DNA from: Octopus vulgaris
Taxonomy: Eukaryota
Length of the DNA stretch: 64,000 bases
Assembly (NCBI GenBank): GCA_951406725.2
Contig: OX597827.1
Location: forward strand, 27,900,001 to 27,964,000
Direction of reading: 5' to 3'
Of this stretch, positions 15,451 to 28,811 are shown piece after piece. The notes beneath the pieces were generated by a model. That model did not search any database and was not told the origin of the DNA. It saw only the letters and a list, made by a program, of their open reading frames with translations. Made by a program: the position numbers and the translations under genes. Each line of letters begins with the position of its first letter. The first letter of the stretch is position 1.

Positions 15451-15722
15451 TGTGGATACCAAATCAATAAATGTAATCTTATTTGGCAAATTAAAAATAA
15501 TGTTAAATATATAAAAATAAGTAAATCTCCAGATTTAAAAAAAAAAAAGACAAAGAACGGGTAGGGCAAGAAATGCTGGTTTGATTTGATCAAAATAGCA
15601 GCCAAAATGCCTTGGAGTTGAACTTCACAGTATCAAGAACCAGACGGGCATATTGGATAATGTAGTGATATAAGCAAGATGCTTAAACGCACATGCATGC
15701 ACACACACACATATATATATAT

Positions 15723-15776
<54 letters not shown>

Positions 15777-15830
15777 GTATATATATATATGTCATATTTA
15801 TATGTATATAATATATGTGTGTGTGTATGC

Positions 15831-15882
<52 letters not shown>

Positions 15883-16124
15883 GTATATATATATATATGT
15901 CATATTTATATGTATATATATATATTGTGTGTGTGTGTATGCATGTGCGTTTAAGCATCTTATAGAACGGGAAGGTTTACGAAAATAAACAAAAGACGAA
16001 GGCAGGTGGAGTACAAACAAATATATATATATGTAAGAATTTGTTTTTACGTTCAGTTATGATTAAAAAAACTACTTTAATCTGATGTGTTAGAATGTAA
16101 TTTTGTAAAGTACGAAATTATTGT

Positions 16125-16200
16125 TGACAGTGACTTCAAAGTTTCGGTGAGCTAACCGTCGTCGGCTCAAGTAACCGAAACGTCGGAGACACTACCAATA
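16125..16200 (-). ncRNA. Degenerate HHR family H9 with fold-back partial copy
   Basis: Minus: CCGACGA-c-GGU-uagcuc-ACC-GAAA-CUUUGAAG-UC-acuguc; the + strand repeats aacc-GAAA-cgtcggag-ac at 16173-16190; relatives at 38737-38830 and 56823-56866. Confidence 0.5.
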
Positions 16201-16222
16201 ATATTCTTGTTTAAGAATAATA

Positions 16223-16287
<65 letters not shown>

Positions 16288-16574
16288 ATGTGTATATATG
16301 TATGTGTATTTTAATTTTTATACATACATATATGCGTGTGTGTGTAAATATGTATATATAAAATGACAGACACACATAAATATATATGTCAATACAACAT
16401 ATATGTGCGTGTTGACGCATTTATTAAAGATACGTTCATCAGTCGAATAACGATAGCGAGTATCGGAGAAGTGGTTTTTCAGAGACTCAGAGTTGAGAAT
16501 GTATGTGCTATATGCCTGTGTGTTTCACGATTACACACACATACTCACACACTTATATATACTTATATATATAT

Positions 16575-16807
16575 ATTTCTTTATTGCCCACGAGGGGCTA
16601 AATACAGAGGGGACAAACAAAGACATACAAAGGGATTAAGACGATTACATCGACCCCAGTGCGTAACTGTTACTTGATTTATCGACCCCGAAAGGATGAA
16701 AGGCAAAGTGTCGAACTTGGCGAAATTTTAACTCAGAACGTATAGTTGGGCGAAATACCGCTAAGCGTTTCGCCTGACGCGCTAACGTTTCTGCCAGCTC
16801 GCCGCCT
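16575..16807 (-). mobile_element. SINE family A (A1 tail), full length
   Basis: Reverse of ggcggcgagctggcagaaacgttagc...tttgcctttcatcctttcggggtcgataaa...aataaagaaata. Confidence 0.85.
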
Positions 16808-16986
16808 TTGGATATTTATGTACATATAAATTTATTTATATATGTACATATAAATACATACATACATACATACATACATACATACATACATACATACACA
16901 TACATGTTTACATACTTACATATATACATACATACATACATACATACATACATACACACATACATACATACAAACATACGTACATA

Positions 16987-17142
16987 GGCGCAGGAGTGGC
17001 TGCGTGACAAGTAGTTTGCTTACCAGCCACATAGTTACCGATTCAGTGGCACCTTGGGCAAGTGTTTTCTGCGATAGCGTCGGGCCGACCAAAGCCTTCT
17101 GAGTGGATTTCATAGACGGAAACTGAAAGAAGCTCGTTGTAC

Positions 17143-17225
<83 letters not shown>

Positions 17226-17428
17226 TTTGTGTGTGTATGTGTGTATCTTTGTGTCCGTGTTTGTCTCTCCCACCGCGCTTGAGAACTTAGCGGTTCGGCA
17301 AAAGATACAGAATAGAATAAGTACTAGGCTTACAAAAAATAAGTCCTGGGGTCGATTTGTTCGGCTAAAGGCAGTGCTCCACCATGGCCACAGTCAAATG
17401 ATTGAACAAGTAAAAGAATATAAGAATA
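16987..17428 (+). mobile_element. SINE family B (tRNA-derived, CORE-like centre), near full length, with internal (TA)n(TG)n
   Basis: ggcgcaggagtggctgcgtg A-box-like head, ccttgggcaagtg CORE-like motif, internal microsatellite 17140-17220, tail ...ccatggccacagtcaaatgattgaacaagtaaaagaat; more than 15 partial copies in the window. Confidence 0.85.
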
Positions 17429-17796
17429 CATACATACATACATACATACATACATGTATTTCTTTTTTCGTGTGTTAGTGTGCCTGAGTGTATTTCCGCT
17501 TGAATATATACATGGGGAGAGACAGAGGCGGACATGCACAGACACACAGGAACTCAAGCGGAAATACACACAGGCACACACACACGAAAAAAAATACATG
17601 TATATACGTATTTAATATGTGTTAGTGTGGGAGTGTAAGTCGTTGTGTGAGTGTGTGCCTTTGTGTTTGTGTATGTGTGCGTGTGTGAGACTGATTTGTA
17701 TATATTTTTGCGTTGAAATTCTTATTTAACGAACCGCAGCCATTTTCTCATTGCTTACAGTACATTATATTTGTGAATATATCAGTATCTATCTCT

Positions 17797-17845
<49 letters not shown>

Positions 17846-17878
17846 ATATATATAAACCAACTTTCTTATCTGTATATA

Positions 17879-17927
<49 letters not shown>

Positions 17928-18419
17928 GCATGCATATATAATTTATGGATATATAATATGCATGAAAATAACAAAATATATATATAAATATATATATATA
18001 CAAATATATATACATAGATGTACATATGTACACAACTTAAGGCACCAAAGCAATCACAAATATATACATATATACGCATACCATGCTTAAATAGAAATAC
18101 TCTCACATATACACATTCAGACGTATATATATACATTCATATAGGTATGTACATAAGTGTAAACAAACATATATATGAACACACATTCATTACATACAGG
18201 AGTACATACATAAACACACGAACACACGTACGCACTCACACACACTAAAACACACATATAATTACACACGTACGCACGCTCACAATACACACATACATAT
18301 ATACAGAGAAAGAGAGAACTGGAAAATTAAGCGCAATAAGGTTGAGAGAAGTTCAGAATCAAAGCAGAATTGAATCATTCATAACCGCCATTTTATTACA
18401 GAGTAAGAGATTAATAACA

Positions 18420-18464
<45 letters not shown>

Positions 18465-18748
18465 GATACATACAAACACACATATATATACATGTGTATA
18501 TATATATATATATATGCATATATATATCTATACACATATATATACATACATATATACCTACACATAGCTATATATATATATATGGCTTATACATGTATAT
18601 AGATGAATGTATGCGTATGTGTGCTGGGTAATAAGTCGTTTGGACAACAAAGTAGTGTATTGAAAAATAGCACTAGCCCTTTACAATATTAATGTCTGCT
18701 ACACTGCTGTGCTTCGATTCAAGAACACAACGATATGTATGTTTGTAC

Positions 18749-18861
<113 letters not shown>

Positions 18862-19299
18862 TATGTATATATATGTATATAGATATTTGTGGGTGGATAT
18901 ATATATATACACATGCATATATACATTATACATTCGCATACATGTGTATAATTACATACATGCATGTACACACTCATATATATATATATATATATATATT
19001 CGTATATAAATATATGTATTAATATAAGTTTGTATAGAACCTCATATTTACATCTAATATGTATATAATATTGAAGATATACACATATGTACATATACAT
19101 TTATATACATATATATTCACTCATATATGTATATATATATATACGCGAATAATATACGCATAGATACATATACATATAGCTATAAAGATAGCTAGACAGA
19201 TGCGTATTTTTGCATATAGGTATGATATATGTGTCTGTGTGTGCATGTGTGTCTGTGTATTGATAGATATGTACATTATATACATATATATATATATAG

Positions 19300-19348
<49 letters not shown>

Positions 19349-19802
19349 TATATGCATGCTTATCTGCCTCTTTCATTCTCTCTCTGTATATATACGTAGA
19401 TGCGTACACAAGCACACACACACATGCGTGTACACACACACTTATTCTCACATTGACATATACAGTCATACACACTCCCCCATATATATATATGCACATA
19501 TATACACAAATATATACTTGTCTACTGCATGTGTGAAGAAGCGTGTCTCTATAATTTTCCATCCAATATATTTTTAGTCGCAGAAATATTTTTCATGTTT
19601 CCATATTTATGCTTTTTAGTTCCTTATTGTTTTATAATTTTTTTTTTTCTTTTTTGTTCTGCATAAAAATATCTTGAAATATATGAAATACATAGATGGG
19701 AGGTCGGCTTTTGTTGATCGCTTTGACCTCACATGAATAGCGAAAACAGCAACAGTAATAATGACAACACACAGCAACAACATTAACAACTACAGCATCA
19801 CA

Positions 19803-19834
19803 AAATAATAATAATAATGATAATGATAATAATG

Positions 19835-19898
<64 letters not shown>

Positions 19899-19912
19899 TA
19901 ATAATAATAATA
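19803..19912. repeat. (TAA)n microsatellite
   Basis: Direct reading. Confidence 0.95.
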
Positions 19913-20053
19913 ACGTCAACATTAAGCGGAGAAACATTAGTTCCATCTCGCAAGGCACTGTCTGAATTAAGCGTGGACACCTGCAGGCAAACATGCTTTC
20001 TATGTGATATATATATACATATGAGTGTTTATACACACATATATATATACATG

Positions 20054-20111
<58 letters not shown>

Positions 20112-20899
20112 AGAGAGAGAGAGAGAGAGAGAGATGTCTGGTTTATATTGGATGCATTTGAGAGGAGTGTTCAAATCAGGTGGTATGGTATAGGGTACAT
20201 TTTCTGTATTGCCCTGCAAATAGTTTTTCCTGTCGTTCTCGCAGTGGAGACCGCATTGGCGTGAAACTCTTCACGCGAGACAAACTCTGTTACCTCGGTG
20301 GGAGAGTGGCTCACATTAAAAACATAAACTTATCACAAGAATTATATTTGTAGTTGTTGGTGATATGTATGGTCTTAGAAGATCCCAGCACGCTTATAGA
20401 AATAAAAATTATCTTTCAAAAATAAATAAATAAAAGTATTGGGTCGGTACTGGTTTGGAAATCTTGATTCAGTTGAGACACGCAGCACTTGAGAATGCCC
20501 CTAACCTATTGGGGATCCCAGAAGGGCATCGAATGTATTTGGTTGTGGGGAGCAGAAGGTCGAATCAGTAGAACTCTAGGGAGCACAAATAACTAAATGA
20601 CACAAATAACTTAAATGATAAAAAAATAGTTACAAATACAAAGAGAGAAACAAAAACACACCAAAACAAAGAACTGGCAGCTACGAACAAATGGGGGAGG
20701 GGAGATGTTTTTGGGCAAAAATTCCACCATGACCACCCCAAACGGCATCCAAACCTGTACCCGTTAACATCACAATCCCGATCTTCATTGCAACTATCCG
20801 TAACAAACACAATCCAGTTCACACACACATACACCTACACACGCACACACACACACACAAAGAAAAAATACAGATAGAACAGAAAACAGCCCACAAATA

Positions 20900-21477
20900 T
20901 ATTCTTTTCTATTCTAGTCACAAGGGCCGAAATGTTTAGGGAGGCGTCCAGTCGATTAGATCAACCTCTGTACGCAACTGGTACTTAATTTATCGACCCC
21001 GAAAGGATGAAAGGCAAAGTCGACCTCGGCGGAATTTGAACTCACAACGTAACGGCAGACGAAATACCTGTTTTTTTACTACCCACAAGGGGCTAAACAC
21101 AGAGTGGACAAACAAGGAGAGACAAACGGATTAAGTCGATTACATCAACCCCAGTGCGTAACTGGTACTTAATTTATCGACCCCGAAAGGATAAAAGGCA
21201 AAGTCGACCTCGGCGGAATTTGAACTCACAACGTAACGGCAGACGAAATACCTATTTCTTTACTACCCACAAGGGGCTAAACATAGAGTGGACAAACAAG
21301 GAGAGACAAACGGATTAAGTCGATTACATCGACCCCACTGCGTAACTGGTACTTAATTTATCGACCCCGAAATGATGAAAGGTAAAGTCGACCTCGGCGG
21401 AATTTGAACTCAGAACGTAACGGCAAACGAAATAATTTCGCCCGGCGTGCTAACGTTTCTACCAGCTCGCCGCCTTA
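20900..21477 (-). mobile_element. Tandem/nested trimer of SINE family A (about 182-bp period)
   Basis: Three copies of ctggtacttaatttatcgaccccgaaa...ggcggaatttgaactca; units join at aaagaaata|ggtatttcg on the minus strand. Confidence 0.9.
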
Positions 21478-22377
21478 AACCACAAATACATTAACTACAC
21501 GGCCATAAATATAAAGTACAAAATGAACCATATACACCAAAATACTAGCATGACGCACAATAACTGTATCATATTCTATCAACATATTAAGATACTACAA
21601 CATGCATATGGCATCCTTAAAAAAATAAGTGACGAAAAGGGGTAGGAAACATCCGAGTAAATATCAGTTAACGACTACAAAGAATTGCTAATGGAATTAG
21701 TCTGAGGGACGAAATACCTGTCCCTTCATAGAAATGAGTTAAGTGATCCTTTCTCGCCCATTCGTCGATCGTGCACCAGATCTGAAAAGGCAGTGTAATT
21801 ACACGTGGCCTGGGCTCATCCAGACAGCTAGATCTTATGTTACAGACCATCTTCTTGGACTTAAAAGGTAAGGTATTTGCCCTGGATGCGAACGGTAGCG
21901 ATGGTGGTGCTTTCGGGTTAGTAGCTGCTTAAGCCCTGGGAAAGAGGAGTAGTCTGGTTTCTCCAGGAATCCGGAGATTTACTTAGGAACACCTACTCTT
22001 TTGTGTAAGTGGGCAACTCGAATGCCATCTGCGATGCACATTTTGTTTGTGTGGGGCTGATAGGAGAGGAGTATGTAAACTCCTCTCAAAGCTACCCCAA
22101 CTCTTTGACAAATTCTGACTGAATTTCCCGAATGTGCTAGTGTGTGCATAAGGAAATCGCATTCAGTCATGTAGCTCGTATCTTGATAGAATATTCTCTA
22201 GGCCTGTTGATAAGGATAGCATAATTGTCCATTTAAAAAAAAAATCGCGCCTACACTGACCACAAATTTGTGATCTGGGCGGTCGAGCTAGATAAGCTTC
22301 GTAGGCAAAGATCCGGTTGTCAGAAATAGAACTCGTCGTTCCCGGAACGCCAAGCTGATAGAGATCGAATTTGTGTA

Positions 22378-23395
22378 CTAATACAGTTTTATCTATCAGG
22401 AGTTGATCCTTGGTACCTCTGTACTTACGTTTGCAACCCTTCTGCTCATGTGGCAAGACTCCATTTTTTCCAGATGTTCGTACATGGAATCTGCGAGTAT
22501 TCCAGTCAATAACTTCCACATAAGTGGCAAACAGGATATCGGCCTGTAATTGTCTACCGTATTGCCTTTTTCGATGTTTTGCAGGCACAGCACTGTCCTA
22601 CCCAATTTCAACCACCCTGATATTCCTTGGTCGGCATTTAACAAGTTGTTGAGTTGCGCAGCTATTCGTGCATGACATTCACCAAAACTTTTGATCCAGT
22701 AGCCTTGAACTCCATCTGGTCCCGGGGGTTTCTAGTTGCTCATTATTTTGCTGATTTCCTTCACTCCCCTAACTGAAATGACTAGTTTAGCCTGTTTTGG
22801 ACAGACTAATGTTTGTTTCAGTTCTTGCAACCATTCAGCATCCTTCTTGTGCTCTTTGACTTTGCTTTTCAATGTTATCTGGTATCAACTTTCATCTGTA
22901 CATTCTCCATTTATTTCTTTGTAGAATCTCTTCTGATCTACTCTAAATAACCTATTCTGGTGGTAACCCCTCATTCTTTGGTCGTATCTTACCATCTTTG
23001 CTTTCTTTGCAACGAGGCGCTGTTTCAGTTCCTCCTTTACTACTTTCAGGCCCTTTCTTTCAATATTATACTTCCTTTTCAGCGCCCTGTATTTTTGTTC
23101 GCTTTTAAGCTCCGCTTTCTCTTTTCGGTCTAGCACAGAGATTTCCTTCAAGAACATGTCTAATTCTGCCTGGATTCTTCTTTTCCACCATGGATCTTTT
23201 CTTTTGCCACTCCCAATATGTTTCTTTTTCTTGACATCAAAACCATGTTTTCTGCTACAAAAATACTTGCTGCTTTGATCAAATTATTTGTTTGTGATGT
23301 TGGTTGTTCTGAATTATTTCAGAATTTCATTGACATTTTTCGTTTCTTGGTTCAATTTCCATCGGTCAACTTTTTTAAGATTGCAAATAATGTCG
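22378..23395 (-). mobile_element. R4/Dong-clade non-LTR retrotransposon fragment (pre-RT region and RT N-terminal half)
   Basis: LKQRLVAKKAKMVRYDQR...QNRLFRVDQKRFYKEING, then GRTVL...[20 protein letters not shown] and [26 protein letters not shown]; frameshifted and truncated. Confidence 0.8.
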
Positions 23396-23396
23396 C

Positions 23397-23533
23397 TCTT
23401 CTTCTTCTTCTTCTTCTTCTTCTTCTTCTTCTTCTTCTTCTTCTTCTTCTTCTTCTTCTTCTTCTTCTTCTTCTTCTTCTTCTTCTTCTTCTTCTTCTTC
23501 TTCTTCTTCTTCTAATTATTATTATTATCATCA

Positions 23534-23622
<89 letters not shown>
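23397..23622. repeat. Compound (CTT)n(ATT)n microsatellite
   Basis: Direct reading; the same compound order recurs at 37365-37509. Confidence 0.95.
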
Positions 23623-23624
<2 letters not shown>

Positions 23625-23639
23625 GACAGCGTGCGGGTT

Positions 23640-24135
23640 GAATCTTTAGCCCGCCGGAAAAAATGCAACGCAGCATTTCTTCCGGTACTTTATGTTCCGA
23701 GATCAAACGCTGTTGAAGTCGATTTTGCCTTTTATCGTTTCGGGGTCGATGAAATAAGTACCTGTGAAATACTAGGGTTAATATTATAGACTAGCTTCTG
23801 AAATAACTACGCGCAAGCACTTGAATCGATTGACAACAAAAAAAATTTTGAAGACGTTGCTCCAGCAGAGTCGTAGGCTAATGAATGTAAGAGAGTAAGA
23901 TAACACATAAGATATTTGTTTTTCTGTAACTCTTTACTTGTTTCAATCATTTTGACTGCGGCAATACTGGAGCACCGCATTCCATACAAAGAAACCGACT
24001 CCTGGACTTATTCTTTGTAAGCCTGGTATTTATTCTGTCGGACGCTTTTGCCGAACCGCTATTTTGCAGGGACATAAACACGCCACGATCGGTTGTAAAG
24101 TGATGGTGGAGGGACAAACACAGACACACACTTAT
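23640..24135. mobile_element. Degraded SINE A (+, 23640-23790) and SINE B 3' half (-, 23920-24135)
   Basis: gtcgattttgccttttatcgtttcggggtcgatgaaataagtacc; gactgcggcaatactggagcaccgc...ttttgccgaaccgcta. Confidence 0.7.
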
Positions 24136-24196
24136 ACACACACATACATACACACAGGCACGCACACACGCTCACACACACACACACACACACACG

Positions 24197-24320
<124 letters not shown>

Positions 24321-24334
24321 ACGTGTTTCTTTCT

Positions 24335-24777
<443 letters not shown>

Positions 24778-25067
24778 CAGCAAAATTTAGATTCAAATGA
24801 ATATGGTACTTAAGTTAGATGCAGCAGAATTTTGTATGGTGTTATCCATATAAATCCATGGGGTGATTATAATCTATAAATAGAAAATCTTTGTTGTCTC
24901 CTTTCACTTGTTCATTCCTCTCTGAACCTTACAGTAGTTCGGAGCAACTGAAATTTAGTCAGTCAGTTGATAAACTCCACTACCTCAAATGTTCTTAAAA
25001 TTTAAATCTACATCTTTGTCTATATAACTACCTTCTCTATCATGTATTAATGGAAAACCTCTATTAA

Positions 25068-25151
25068 TGGCTGATGAGTGCTCAGCATTTTAAAAGTGTT
25101 GTAATACTTACAACATTTGATAAAATGATGTAGTGCGAAACGATAGTACCA
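25068..25151 (+). ncRNA. Hammerhead ribozyme type I, long helix II (family H2)
   Basis: UGG-CUGAUGA-[GUGCU CAGCAUUUUA ...uguuguaa-uac-uuacaaca... UAAAAUGAUG U AGUGC]-GAAA-CGAUAG-UA-CCA; lies in cassette 24775-25185, whose left end matches 56066-56165. Confidence 0.8.
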
Positions 25152-25204
25152 AATTACCGAAATTATTCTTGTAACTTATTTTGAATATATATATATATAT
25201 ATAT

Positions 25205-25630
25205 ATATATGAAACTGAGAATGTGTGTCTGTGTGTCTGTGTGAATCAATAAAACTTGAGAAGTATACAACCAATTTCATTTAAATTTTACACATGCCTT
25301 ACTTAGGGTCCATGTAGTGTCATGGGCAAAACAATTTCTAACTTCTTGCCTAGGGCGAGCCCACAGCAATATCATATCTTCTCCACTATTTCAGTATTAC
25401 GTGTTTAAAGTGAAACAAAAACATCTCTCTATTCTAATGTCAGATACTTTCACTTTAATACTGAAACTATTGAAGTCAAAATATTATATAAGAGGGATGA
25501 ACCATTAACAGTGGACATCCATTTTGCGAGGAGAAGATCCGCTATGGTCTTGTATGGTACACCACTGGTTTCAATTCATATTAATCAAATTAATATTCAA
25601 TTTCTCACCCTAATTATTTTAAATTTAATT
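25205..25630 (+). mobile_element. Possible Helitron 5' portion
   Basis: tatatatgaaa...tgtgtgtctgtgtgtctg...caaccaatttcatttaaatttt resembles common non-autonomous Helitron 5' ends; no 3' CTAG hairpin seen. Confidence 0.35.
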
Positions 25631-25769
25631 TTAATTGGAACGAAGTTTCTTACCACACACCTATACCTGCACCTATGTATGTGTGTGTGTGTGTGTGTGT
25701 GTGTATAGCTGTATATGTATACATTTATTTCTATACATATAGATGTATATGTATACATGTATATGTGCA

Positions 25770-25808
<39 letters not shown>

Positions 25809-25878
25809 CAAATGATGTACATGTAATATGTACACATATATATTCACATATATGCATACATACATATATACACCCATG

Positions 25879-25910
<32 letters not shown>

Positions 25911-25915
25911 TACAT

Positions 25916-26260
25916 AGGTGCAGGTGTGGCTGTGTTGTAACAAACTTCGTTCCAAAACACCCATGTGTTTTGGAACGAAGTTTGTTACCTGTGTTTAGTC
26001 CCACTGCGTGGTGACTTGGCATTTGTCTTCTGCTATAGCCTCGGACCAACCAAAGCCTTGTCAGTGGATTTTGTAGACAGAAAATGAAAGAAATCAATCG
26101 TATATATATGTACGTATATATGTAAGTCTTTGTGTGTTTCTCCCTCATCACTGCCTCACAACTAGTGTTCTTTTATTCACATCCCCATAACTTACTTGTT
26201 TCACAAGCAGAACCTGATAGAATAAGTACCAGGCTTATCAAAATAAAAAAAAACACTGGG
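25916..26260 (+). mobile_element. SINE family B copy with internal 24-bp perfect hairpin
   Basis: ggtgcaggtgtggctgtg head, ggaccaaccaaagccttg, gatagaataagtaccaggctt. Confidence 0.7.
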
Positions 26261-26367
26261 CAGTATCTCATATTTTTGTTTGCCCACACAATTTATCTTT
26301 GTGTGTGTGTGTGTGTGTGTATGTGTGTGTGTATGTGTGTATGTGTGTGTGTATACATACAGACATA

Positions 26368-27862
26368 CGAGCACGTTCCGTAGACCGTGCATCTGCTCTC
26401 TCCCACCGAAACCGCCCTGCAGTCTCCCGCCTCCCTTTTCTCCTCACTTCTCTCCAACGCACCATTCTTCGAGCTTTTCGGCATCTCCAGTCCGACTCGT
26501 CCACTTCACACCTCTTCCGTAACCGACCCCCCCCTCCTTCAAACGAGCCCATAACCTACGAGACCTCTTGGTCCACAGCTTCTTCCCCGACCCTATGTCC
26601 CAACCTGGCTCGTTCCCTGCTCCCGCCCACGTTGCCGCATTTGCCCTTACCTCTCCAACACCACCCTCCTCACCGGCACCCATCATCGACCCTATCGCAT
26701 CATCGACTCCTTCACCTGCACCTCCAGCAATATCATCTATTGCATCTCCTGCTCTCTCTGCCATTCCCTGTACATCGGACAAACGGAACGCCGCTTGGTT
26801 GACCGGTTCGCGGAACACCTTCGAGACATCCGCCTCGCCAATAACACTCCAGTCGCACGCCATTTCCGCTCCACCGGTCGCTCCTTGCAACACCTGTCTG
26901 TGTTCGGATTGTCTTTGCACAGAGGGCATCCGGATTCCCGCTTGCGCCGTGAACAGGGATTAATATTCTCTCTTCGCTCTTTTACGCCATTTGGGCTCAA
27001 CTCTCCCCCACTTTTCATCTAACCTCCCCCCGACTCCTACTTCAGTCCTTCATCTCTTCACCCCTACTCTCTTTCCCTCCTCTTCCCTTCTTTCCCTTCT
27101 TCCCCCTTCTTCCCTCTTCTCCCTCTTCTTCTCTCTTCTTCCCTCTTCCCCTTTTCTCTTTCTCTCTGCTCCCTCACTCACCTTCTCTCCCCTCTCCCTC
27201 TCAACATCTCCCCCTCCCCTCCTCCTCATCTCTCGCTTCCTCCTCTCCCTCCTCCTCCTCTCCCTCCTCCTCCTCTCCCTCCTTCTCCTCCTATCCCTCC
27301 TCCTCCTCTCCCCCTCATCTCCTCTCTCCCCTCATCATCACTCTCCCCTCATCTCTCTCCCCTCATCCCCCCTTTTTTCCCCACAACACCCACTCTACCG
27401 CAACCCCCAGCCGAACCCACACACCACTTGGGCTTTCCCCACTCTCGCCTCCCCCACCTCCCCACAACATCACACCACACTGCACTACACCATACAACAT
27501 TACACATCACAACACACCACCCACACACCCATCCCCACATCTCCACACCCACACATACATACACACACACGTCCAGACCACCAGCCCTCTTTCGCACGCA
27601 CATATATACTCTCTTATACACACACTGTTATCTCCCCTGACCACTGTCTGAAGTCAGGACGCCATGATAGATCGTTAGCTCCTATACGCATTTTTTCTCT
27701 CCTTGTTTCTCCCTTTTTTTCTGTGTATCTTTCTGTCGAAGAGCGTAGGCTCGAAACGTAAAAGACTCGTTCTATTTCTATTCATGAGCGCCATACTAAT
27801 ACATTTGTTTGTTTGTACTCCATCTGCCTTCGTCTTTTGTTTATTTTTGTAAATTTTCCCGT
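26368..27862 (+). mobile_element. 5'-truncated Neptune-like PLE: linker and GIY-YIG fragment, CT/CA-rich 3' region, pLTR with HHR-like motif
   Basis: Homologous to 32520-33180 (CSRPRCRIC, FTCTSSNIIYCISC...YIGQ, DRFAEHLRDIRLANNTPVARHF...EQGLIFSLRSFTPFGLN); ctgtcgaagagcgtaggctcGAAAcgtaa at 27733-27761. Confidence 0.9.
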
Positions 27863-28123
27863 TATATATATATATAACGGGAAAATTTACAAAATAAACA
27901 AAAATGAATGTATATATCTAAGTGCATGTGTGTGACTTTGTTTCTGTGTTTCACCCTCATCACTGCTTCCCAACTGCTGTTCGTTTATTTACATCCCCAT
28001 AACTTACTGGTTTCACAAAAAGAAACTAATAGAATAAGTACCAGGCTTATCAACATAAAAAAAGCACTACGTTGTGTCTCATATTTTTGTTTGCCCACTC
28101 AGTTGTATCTATCAATTTATCTT

Positions 28124-28154
<31 letters not shown>

Positions 28155-28733
28155 CACACACACGCACCCCCCCCGCATATGTATATATATATATATATAA
28201 CATAAGGGACTAAAGCCATCTGAATATGGCTAGGGACAGGGCAGGGTGGTGCGGGTGTTACTGTTGCATTTAGCCCCAGGCGAACATCAACGTCGCCAGA
28301 TAGGCTTGACACCATCACGGCGTCCTTTATCCTGCAAAGGGAGATAATTCCCCGATGAAGCGGAAACCTCACACGGACCTAGGTTTCAAGGTATATTGCC
28401 TATCATCAACGTGTGGTAGGCCCCCGCTTCCTCGACGAACAACTCACTCTGCAGGATATTTATATATAGATTTTCAAGCAAAATACATTTGCTGATTTCG
28501 AAAATCTGTTCGACAGCAATAATAATTCTCTAAATGAGATATAGACAGTAACTGCTCCATAACATAAGGGACTAAAGCCATCTGAATATGGCTAGGGACA
28601 GGGCAGGGTGGTGGGGGTGTTACTGTTGCATATATATATATATATAATATACACACACACGCACCCACCCACCCGCATATGTATATATATATATATATAT
28701 ATGTAACACATGTCCTTGTGGAAGTTGTTGTGC

Positions 28734-28811
28734 GCGGCTGAAGAAGGCCACAGACATACATTATGCATTGTTATAAATCTGTCTAATAAAGGCCCGAAAC
28801 ATATGTACCGC
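28734..28811 (+). ncRNA. Hammerhead ribozyme type I, intact core (family H8)
   Basis: GCGG-CUGAAGA-a-GGCC...GGCC-c-GAAA-CAUAUG-UA-CCGC: perfect 4-bp helix I, palindromic helix III, inside a ~150-bp island between (TA)n tracts. Confidence 0.85.

Noticed and set aside
20900-21477. Regular repeats suggesting a CRISPR array
   Set aside because: Units are ~182-bp SINE copies without unique spacers; no cas genes; eukaryotic context.
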